IMG/VR virus record: IMGVR_UViG_3300025132_000029
Source of the DNA: an uncultured virus (IMG/VR IMGVR_UViG_3300025132_000029)
Lineage: Duplodnaviria; Heunggongvirae; Uroviricota; Caudoviricetes
Length of the DNA stretch: 64,000 nucleotides
Direction: 5' to 3' (one strand)
Shown: one piece after another, positions 57,722-64,000 of the stretch
How the letters are laid out: every line of letters starts with the position of its first letter
Numbering within the stretch: the stretch's first letter is position 1
Translations under genes and position numbers: made by a program
The notes under the pieces: generated by a model
The model's database searches: none
Told to the model about the DNA's origin: nothing
The model's input: the letters and a program-made list of their open reading frames with translations, nothing else

Positions 57722-58428
57722 ATTATTTATTTGATGTAGATGGTACATTAACCCCAAGTAGGTTAAAAATTGATCCAGAATTTGAGAAATTTTTCTTAAA
57801 TTGGATGAAAAACAAAGATGTTTATTTAGTTACAGGTTCAGATAAGGATAAAACAATAGAACAAGTAGGTATAAAAATTTGGACAAATGTTACAAGAGCA
57901 TATCAATCATGTGGCAATGCTGTTTATGAAAATGGTATGTTAATTGACCAACGTGATTTTATACTAGAGCCTGAACTCAAAAAATTATTATTAGAATTTG
58001 TAAAGTGGTCAGATTGTCCAAAACAATTTAGTAATCATATTGAGGAAAGAATTGGATTGGTTAACTTTAGTACTATTGGTAGAACTTGTACTCAAGACGC
58101 AAGAAATGATTATTATAAATGGGACAATAAGATTAAAGAAAGAGAATCTTTTTGTAAAATAATTGAAGAAAAATTTCCAGAATTAGAAGCAACTGTAGGT
58201 GGAGAAATATCAATAGACATTTATCCTAAAGGGCAAAATAAAGCACAAGTGTTAGATGATATAATTGGACCTGTTACATTTTTTGGTGATAAATGCAAAC
58301 CTGGTGGTAATGACTATCCAATAGTAAATCGCTTAGGTATGCTAAATGAAGAAAATGAACTATCAGTAACTGTTCATGAAGTATCTAATTGGAAAGATAC
58401 ATTAAAAATATTAAATAGTTATAAATGA
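57718..58428 (+). CDS. HAD-IIB phosphomannomutase of the eukaryotic PMM/Sec53 type
   Basis: FDVDGTLT, VTGSD, IEERIGLVNFS.IGR, GGEISIDIYP, FFGDK..GGNDY. Confidence 0.8.
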   Translation: MNYLFDVDGTLTPSRLKIDPEFEKFFLNWMKNKDVYLVTGSDKDKTIEQVGIKIWTNVTRAYQSCGNAVYENGMLIDQRDFILEPELKKLLLEFVKWSDCPKQFSNHIEERIGLVNFSTIGRTCTQDARNDYYKWDNKIKERESFCKIIEEKFPELEATVGGEISIDIYPKGQNKAQVLDDIIGPVTFFGDKCKPGGNDYPIVNRLGMLNEENELSVTVHEVSNWKDTLKILNSYK

Positions 58429-58622
58429 AAAAAGTAAAAATATCATTCTCAAAACCAGTTAAGTTAAATAGGCATGAACCTGTAACTGAAGTGATAATAG
58501 ATAAAACAGTATCCGAAGGTCACAATTCAATTGAAAGAGACATTCAATATATCCTCTGCAATGCAATGAGTGATATGAGATACAGGGGACTAAAATCATT
58601 TAATGTAGAAATTATAGAATAA
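58425..58622 (+). CDS. Small hypothetical protein
   Basis: 65 aa, coupled to neighbours. Confidence 0.55.
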   Translation: MKKVKISFSKPVKLNRHEPVTEVIIDKTVSEGHNSIERDIQYILCNAMSDMRYRGLKSFNVEIIE

Positions 58623-59479
58623 TGAAATGTATAGTTGGAAATAATTTAACAGCATTGTTAGCATCTCACATATTTAGTGATTTAGATTTTTATAACCATG
58701 AAAAACAAATGGTTGAAGAATATACATACATTCCTACAACCGCATCTATTATTGATATATTGGATTGTTTAGGTTTAGACTTTTCAATAAAATCATTTAA
58801 GTGTTGTTTTGATAATCGTGGAAAACTATCTGCAAAATTTGATGAAACATTTGTAAATATTTGGTGTATACATACAAGAGGCAAATCTGTTGTTGAGAAA
58901 AGTTACATTGATAATTTATCACATAAGGTAAGTTACATATCAATAAATGATTTACCACCACTTGAAAGTCTAAATATATTAAAATCAGTTTTACTAGAAA
59001 AATCAAATGTAAAATCAACAATATCAAGCATTGAAGAATTAGAAGATTACAAAAAAGTTTTGTGGTGCCATGATTTGCGATTACTCAATAGTGGCATTAT
59101 AACGGAATATGTTGATAGTTATCAGTATATATGTAAGCATTCAGAAGTAGATGGCATAAGCCAAATATTTGATGTTGTATATAGCATAGGAAAACCATAT
59201 TACAGGAAAATTTACTCAGGAGAAAATGTAATATATAGTGCAATGCGAAAAATATATGACAAAACAGTTGACAATAATACAGTTTTAGAATCTTCACCAA
59301 CAATACAGATTGTTGACAACCTTAGATTAAATTCATTCAAAAAGTTTGACTTATTAGGCGTATATTCACAATGGGATTTAGGTATGAGTTTAGGAAAGGT
59401 ACTTATGCGTTGCAATGAACTTAGAGAATATTACATTGATGATAAAAAAATATCTAAAAATATTTTTATTTCTCAATAA
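58622..59479 (+). CDS. Hypothetical protein, possibly a degenerate FAD-dependent oxidoreductase fold
   Basis: N-terminal IVGNNLTALLA (degenerate GxGxxG) and C-terminal LLGVYSQW. Confidence 0.45.
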   Translation: MKCIVGNNLTALLASHIFSDLDFYNHEKQMVEEYTYIPTTASIIDILDCLGLDFSIKSFKCCFDNRGKLSAKFDETFVNIWCIHTRGKSVVEKSYIDNLSHKVSYISINDLPPLESLNILKSVLLEKSNVKSTISSIEELEDYKKVLWCHDLRLLNSGIITEYVDSYQYICKHSEVDGISQIFDVVYSIGKPYYRKIYSGENVIYSAMRKIYDKTVDNNTVLESSPTIQIVDNLRLNSFKKFDLLGVYSQWDLGMSLGKVLMRCNELREYYIDDKKISKNIFISQ

Positions 59480-59492
59480 TTTTTGTTATATT
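59459..59492 (+). promoter_or_regulatory. Putative class-2 promoter
   Basis: AATATTTTTATTTCTCAATAATTTTTGTTATATT. Confidence 0.55.
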
Positions 59493-59522
59493 AGATAAAA
59501 TAAAGAAAACAGGTTATATACT

Positions 59523-60392
59523 ATGAGAAAATATTGGTCAGTACCAAAAACCGAGTCAGGTAGATACAACGGTTTACATGAAGCTTTTTATTGGGAATTA
59601 CAAAATATTGTGAATCAACGAAACACAGTAAAAAGTCGTGGAACAAATCAAAAAGAAGTATTGTTTAGAAGTTTTATTATTGATGACCCAACAAATTTAG
59701 GAATTTGGTGGCCAAGTAGAAAATTTAATGAAACATATACATTAGCAGAATTTCTTTGGTATTTGTCAAGAAACCCAAATGCAACTAATATTGGTAAATT
59801 TGCAAGAATTTGGTTAAACATTAAAGACAACGAGGATAATGTAGAATCAAATTATGGTTGTTATGTTTTTGGAAATCAATGGAACTGGTCTGTAAATGAA
59901 TTGACAAAAGACAAGGATAGTCGGCGTGCAACATTTGTTATAGGACAACCATATCATAAAACAAAAAATCCAAATGATATACCATGTACACAATACTTAC
60001 AGTTTTTTATAAGAAATAATAAACTTCATATGGGAGTAAGTATGAGAAGTAATGATATTATTTTTGGAATGTCAAATGATATTTTTATATTTTGTTTATT
60101 TCAACAATTAATGTATAATGAATTAAAACAAGTATACTCAGATTTAGAACTTGGTTCATATTATCACCATGCAGGAAGTTTACACTTGTATGAAATGCAC
60201 AATGAAATGGCAAATAATATTTTAGTTATTGACGGTGAGGATACTGAATATTATGGAAAGCATTATAAATTAAAGGAACATATAACATTAGATTATATAC
60301 AACAAACTGAAATGTATTTACCAACTAAAGATATGACAAAAGAAGAAATTGGTGAATATGCAAATGATATTAGTAAAAGTTTATTTATATGA
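59523..60392 (+). CDS. Thymidylate-synthase-superfamily enzyme, dCMP hydroxymethylase-like
   Basis: DSRRA, DIPCT, MRSNDIIFGMSND (Asp at the specificity position), GSLHLYE. Confidence 0.8.
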   Translation: MRKYWSVPKTESGRYNGLHEAFYWELQNIVNQRNTVKSRGTNQKEVLFRSFIIDDPTNLGIWWPSRKFNETYTLAEFLWYLSRNPNATNIGKFARIWLNIKDNEDNVESNYGCYVFGNQWNWSVNELTKDKDSRRATFVIGQPYHKTKNPNDIPCTQYLQFFIRNNKLHMGVSMRSNDIIFGMSNDIFIFCLFQQLMYNELKQVYSDLELGSYYHHAGSLHLYEMHNEMANNILVIDGEDTEYYGKHYKLKEHITLDYIQQTEMYLPTKDMTKEEIGEYANDISKSLFI

Positions 60393-60673
60393 AAAAGAAA
60401 GAATCAATATTAAAAAGAGCAGACGGTATAATCAATAACCGTTCAGAAGAAAAAGAAAGAAAATACGGACCATTTAGTGAAGGCATGGAAAGAGCAGCTA
60501 AAATTGCAAGTGGTATGACAGGAAAAGACTTTGTAGCAGAAGATATGTACGCTGCACTAGTTGCACTAAAATTATCAAGACACTCATATAACTATAGGGA
60601 AGATAACCTACTTGATGCTGTTGCGTATTTAGGAGGTTTGGATAACTATATAAAGGAAAATAAAAATGGCTAG
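60389..60673 (+). CDS. DUF6378-like (putative all-alpha nucleotide pyrophosphatase)
   Basis: R...YG.F, LKLSR, DNLLDAVAY. Confidence 0.65.
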   Translation: MKKKESILKRADGIINNRSEEKERKYGPFSEGMERAAKIASGMTGKDFVAEDMYAALVALKLSRHSYNYREDNLLDAVAYLGGLDNYIKENKNG

Positions 60674-60851
60674 AAAAATAGTAAGAAAATGGAACCCAGA
60701 TTATAAAAAAGCATGGGTAAGGGTAGCTTTACAAAATGCATTAAGTACAATAGATTATGGTGAGCTATCAACTGCAAGTAAAAGACTTATATCTCAAGTA
60801 CTAGCAGAATGTGATATAAAGGCAAAGGAAAAAGAGGAGATGGTAAAATGA
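60666..60851 (+). CDS. Small hypothetical protein
   Basis: 61 aa, AAGGA SD, overlaps neighbours. Confidence 0.55.
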   Translation: MARKIVRKWNPDYKKAWVRVALQNALSTIDYGELSTASKRLISQVLAECDIKAKEKEEMVK

Positions 60852-61285
60852 AAATATCAAAAGTAAGAGAAGTAAAAACACCAACAAGAGCAAATAGTAC
60901 AGATGCAGGAATAGATTTTTTTGTACCTGAAGACACAAAGAAATTTACATTATCACCAGGAGATTCTTGTCTTATTCCATCAGGTGTAAAAGTAAATGTA
61001 CCTGAAGGGTTTGCTTTAGTAGCATTTAATAAATCAGGAGTTGCAGTTAAAAAATCTTTACATGTTGGTGCATGTGTAGTTGACTGTGGCTATCAAGGAG
61101 AAGTTCATATTAATCTAACAAATGTTGGTGATTGTGAAACTGATATAAATCCTGGTGATAAAATAGTTCAGTTTGTATTATTACCTTTAGGCAATCCTAA
61201 AGTAGAATTAGTAGAAGAAAGCAACTTATATGAATCAGAATCTTCAAGAGGTGAAGGAGGATTTGGAAGTACTGGGACTAAATAA
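60848..61285 (+). CDS. dut: Trimeric dUTPase-family pyrophosphatase
   Basis: AGIDF, NKSG, VVDCGYQGEV, GDKIVQ, RGEGGFGSTG. Confidence 0.92.
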   Translation: MKISKVREVKTPTRANSTDAGIDFFVPEDTKKFTLSPGDSCLIPSGVKVNVPEGFALVAFNKSGVAVKKSLHVGACVVDCGYQGEVHINLTNVGDCETDINPGDKIVQFVLLPLGNPKVELVEESNLYESESSRGEGGFGSTGTK

Positions 61286-61671
61286 TGAGTGGATTAGATA
61301 ACAGACCAAAGACAATATTTTGTGATATAGATGGTACATTAGTAAAACACATGGCACCATCAGAAGCAACATCTCCATATAACAAAATGGAAGTAATACC
61401 TGGAACAATTGAAAAATTATTAGAGTGGGAAAGAAGAGGTTACAATATAATTTTAACAACTGGTAGAAAAGCATGTATGAGAAAACAAACTGAAAATCAA
61501 CTTGCTGAGGCTGGGATAGTTTATGACCAATTAATAATGGGATTTGGTGGTGGTGCAAGATACTTAATAAATGATATGAAAATAGATGGAAGAAATGCCA
61601 CTGCATTTGCAATAAACCTTAAAAGAAATACCGAAGGAATAAAGGATATAAATTTAGACCTTCCGTACTAA
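61285..61671 (+). CDS. Small capless HAD phosphatase
   Basis: CDIDGTL, LTTGR, YDQLIMG, INDM. Confidence 0.8.
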   Translation: MSGLDNRPKTIFCDIDGTLVKHMAPSEATSPYNKMEVIPGTIEKLLEWERRGYNIILTTGRKACMRKQTENQLAEAGIVYDQLIMGFGGGARYLINDMKIDGRNATAFAINLKRNTEGIKDINLDLPY

Positions 61672-61682
61672 TTGAGATAGTT

Positions 61683-61904
61683 ATGATAATAAGAACAACT
61701 AATAAAAATAATAAATACGAGTATTCAAAGTATGAACCAGGTGATGTGTTTGAAGTAATAAATGATTTTGGTGAATACTATACTGCAAGATTTTTGTCAG
61801 GTAGTAAAGCAGATGATATATGTGCAGTTAAAAAAACAGATTGTGTACAGGTGCATTTAGGTAGTTATAAAACACCAGGCCCAGAATCAATGACAACAGA
61901 TTAA
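61683..61904 (+). CDS. Small hypothetical protein (SH3-like beta pattern)
   Basis: PGDVFEVIND.GEYY; 73 aa. Confidence 0.5.
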   Translation: MIIRTTNKNNKYEYSKYEPGDVFEVINDFGEYYTARFLSGSKADDICAVKKTDCVQVHLGSYKTPGPESMTTD

Positions 61905-61905
61905 T

Positions 61906-63492
61906 ATGAATAACACAACAGTAATAATACCAGCAGCTGGGTTGGCAACAAGAATGAGGCCACTTTCAAGTAACATGTCAAAGGCAATGATACCTGTTTG
62001 TGGTAAACCTATTATTTCATACATTATAGATGAATTATTAAAATATGATAGTGTAAATGAAATAATCATTGTTGAAAATAAATTGCATGATATTAGTGAG
62101 TTTGTTAAATCTACATATTCATTTGTTGAAAACACATTTAAGTTTGTTGAACAAAAAAACCCTAAAGGGCCACTCCATGCAATTGAAGTAGGTTGGAAAA
62201 AATCAACAAAGAAAGACAACTCTATATTGGTCTGGTTAGGTGATACCATTTGTCGTGATAAATTAAATTTTGATAGTCCAGGATTTTTAGGTGTATCAAA
62301 AATTGAGCAAAAATCAAGATGGTGTTTAGTTGATAGTGACGGTAAAACATTTTATGATAAACCTGATACAGATGTACCAACAGATTCTGCTCTTATTGGT
62401 TTATATTATTTCAATGATAGAAAATGGTTTAATGATTCCATTAAGAAAGGAATGAATAAACCTCAGCATAAAGGTGAACATCAAATAGCTGCACTACTTT
62501 CAGAATATCTTACATATATACCTAAATTTGAGCTATTAGATACTAAAGAATGGTATGATTGTGGTGAATTAAAAACATATTATGAATCAACAGCCCGTTT
62601 AATGCAAGGTTCATCTAGAGAGTTCAATACACTTGAGATAGATACATTTTTAGGTACAATTACTAAAAAGGCAACTGGTGATAAAGCACTTAAGATTGAG
62701 AAAGAAAAGACTTGGTTTAGTACATTAAGTGATACACAAAGACTATTTGTACCACAAATTTTGGATTCACAACATGGTGAAATGAAAATGTCATGGGAGG
62801 CAGGCACACCACTAAATGAAGTTTGGTTATATGAAAGAATGAATGCTGATACATGGATAGGTGTTACAAATTCAATACTTGACATATATCATAGTGTATT
62901 TTACAAGCCAGGAAAGGAAAGACTTGCAGATTGTTATGAAATGTATATTCAAAAAAACATGGACAGACTTGACGAATACAATGTATATACTACTCCAGGG
63001 CCGATAAGAATTGCAAGAGAATTTATTAAAACTTCTGGACTAAAACTATTAAAGACAACTTGTTGGAGTGATAGAATTCATGGTGATTTACATTTAGGTA
63101 ATATGCTATTTAATAGTCATAATGGTAGAATTAAGTTGTTAGACCCAAGAGGATATTTTGGAATGTCTAAGTTTTCAGGTGATTCACAATATGATATGGG
63201 TAAATTATTACATGATTGGTACTGTGGATATATGATGATAGTTTCTGGAAGATATCACATTGAGAATAATAAAGTAATACTTCACTGGGATGAAGAAAAA
63301 CAAAAAAAGATATTAGTTAATATGTTAATTAAAATGAAAGGTTATGGTTATGATGTTGAAAATATTAAGAGACTTGCAATAATGTTCTTTTTAACATGTC
63401 TTCCTTTTCACAAAGATAACCCTGACCGTCAAAATGCATTTTGGCTAAGAGCTATGAACTTAATAACTGAGGAATTTAGAAATGAAAAATGA
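61906..63492 (+). CDS. Sugar-phosphate nucleotidyltransferase fused to an APH/choline-kinase-like phosphotransferase
   Basis: IIPAAGLATRMRP...KAMIPV.GKP, WLGD, WYDCG; C-terminal IHGDLHLGN, LLDPRG, YDMGKL. Confidence 0.85.
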   Translation: MNNTTVIIPAAGLATRMRPLSSNMSKAMIPVCGKPIISYIIDELLKYDSVNEIIIVENKLHDISEFVKSTYSFVENTFKFVEQKNPKGPLHAIEVGWKKSTKKDNSILVWLGDTICRDKLNFDSPGFLGVSKIEQKSRWCLVDSDGKTFYDKPDTDVPTDSALIGLYYFNDRKWFNDSIKKGMNKPQHKGEHQIAALLSEYLTYIPKFELLDTKEWYDCGELKTYYESTARLMQGSSREFNTLEIDTFLGTITKKATGDKALKIEKEKTWFSTLSDTQRLFVPQILDSQHGEMKMSWEAGTPLNEVWLYERMNADTWIGVTNSILDIYHSVFYKPGKERLADCYEMYIQKNMDRLDEYNVYTTPGPIRIAREFIKTSGLKLLKTTCWSDRIHGDLHLGNMLFNSHNGRIKLLDPRGYFGMSKFSGDSQYDMGKLLHDWYCGYMMIVSGRYHIENNKVILHWDEEKQKKILVNMLIKMKGYGYDVENIKRLAIMFFLTCLPFHKDNPDRQNAFWLRAMNLITEEFRNEK

Positions 63493-64000
63493 AAACATTA
63501 AAGTCGCTATCTTTGTTTTAGGTGGTGCAATTAAATTTGTAAAAAAGAATCTTAAACGTGCTGATGGAACTAATGAGTATTATAAACTTATAAAGTCACT
63601 CTGTGCTAATCCAAAAATTGGTGAAGTACTAATTATTCAGAAAAGTGATTGGGGAAAACTTGACGATGAGTTAAAACAAGAATATGACCCACGTGGAGTT
63701 TTAAGATATATCTATGATGAATTAGACCCAAAGGATATTAGACCTGATAAGGGTGAAGATATGCAATTGACATTAAACTATCAAAAGCTTGATGAATATC
63801 TAAATCACGATGAAACAAAACCAGATTTTGGTTTAGGATTTATTGGACCTGGTTATATGACAAATAATGTTATACCAAATTTTTTAGATGGTGTTCGTGA
63901 TCCTAGTTCAAAAGTAAAACTTTTAGGTATGACATATAATTATTCTTCACCAATTGTACACTACTTAAATAAATCAGACCTTCCTTGGTTTATGATATGT
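63482..64000 (+). CDS. 3'-partial ORF, probable GT-B (T4 beta-glucosyltransferase-like) glycosyltransferase (not in ORF track)
   Basis: Open frame MKNENIKVAIFVLGGAIKF...GTNEYY...YSSPIVHYLNKSDLPWFMIC to the window end; N-terminal pattern and context resemble phage DNA glycosyltransferases. Confidence 0.5.
   Translation, partial: MKNENIKVAIFVLGGAIKFVKKNLKRADGTNEYYKLIKSLCANPKIGEVLIIQKSDWGKLDDELKQEYDPRGVLRYIYDELDPKDIRPDKGEDMQLTLNYQKLDEYLNHDETKPDFGLGFIGPGYMTNNVIPNFLDGVRDPSSKVKLLGMTYNYSSPIVHYLNKSDLPWFMIC

Noticed and set aside
59523..60392. Ordinary thymidylate synthase (thyA)
   Set aside because: Asp rather than Asn at the specificity position, and the modification-cluster context
1..64000. Minus-strand ORFs and short nested plus-strand ORFs in the track
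   Set aside because: They lie inside long, motif-supported + strand genes, lack SDs or recognisable motifs, and read as shadow frames
1..64000. Stop-codon reassignment
   Set aside because: Core genes are full length in the standard code, and TAA, TAG and TGA all end genes

Overview
A 64-kb, AT-rich, gene-dense segment of a large T4-like (contractile-tailed) dsDNA phage genome. Every credible gene is on the + strand. Gene order: tail-fibre/appendage genes with interspersed enzymes (1-9.7 kb); putative head-packaged proteins and holins (9.7-15.2 kb); terminase, portal, prohead protease, a phage-encoded ribosomal protein bS21, scaffold, major capsid and PhoH (15.3-26.7 kb); neck, sheath, tube, tail chaperone, tape measure and baseplate (26.8-45.3 kb); replication/recombination genes (short PolA-like polymerase, Hc1-like protein, gp32, UvsX/RecA, 5'-3' exonuclease, helicase, class II RNR; 45.3-56.5 kb); and a likely DNA cytosine sugar-hypermodification cluster running off the window end (57.7-64 kb). 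The Hc1-like gene and bS21 suggest a Bacteroidota host (inference). Highlights: (1) an unannotated HDV/CPEB3-like self-cleaving ribozyme (51780-51870) just downstream of uvsX, followed by a second multi-pseudoknot RNA domain and a terminator; (2) bS21 as an insulated transcription unit with no Shine-Dalgarno (SD) sequence, while late genes carry strong SDs; (3) a probable +1/-2 programmed frameshift in the tail chaperone; (4) a nucleotidyltransferase + ligase-like polyprotein with prohead-protease-type cleavage motifs; (5) two distinct promoter-like motifs. All protein calls come from motif recognition by eye; no database searches or folding programs were run.
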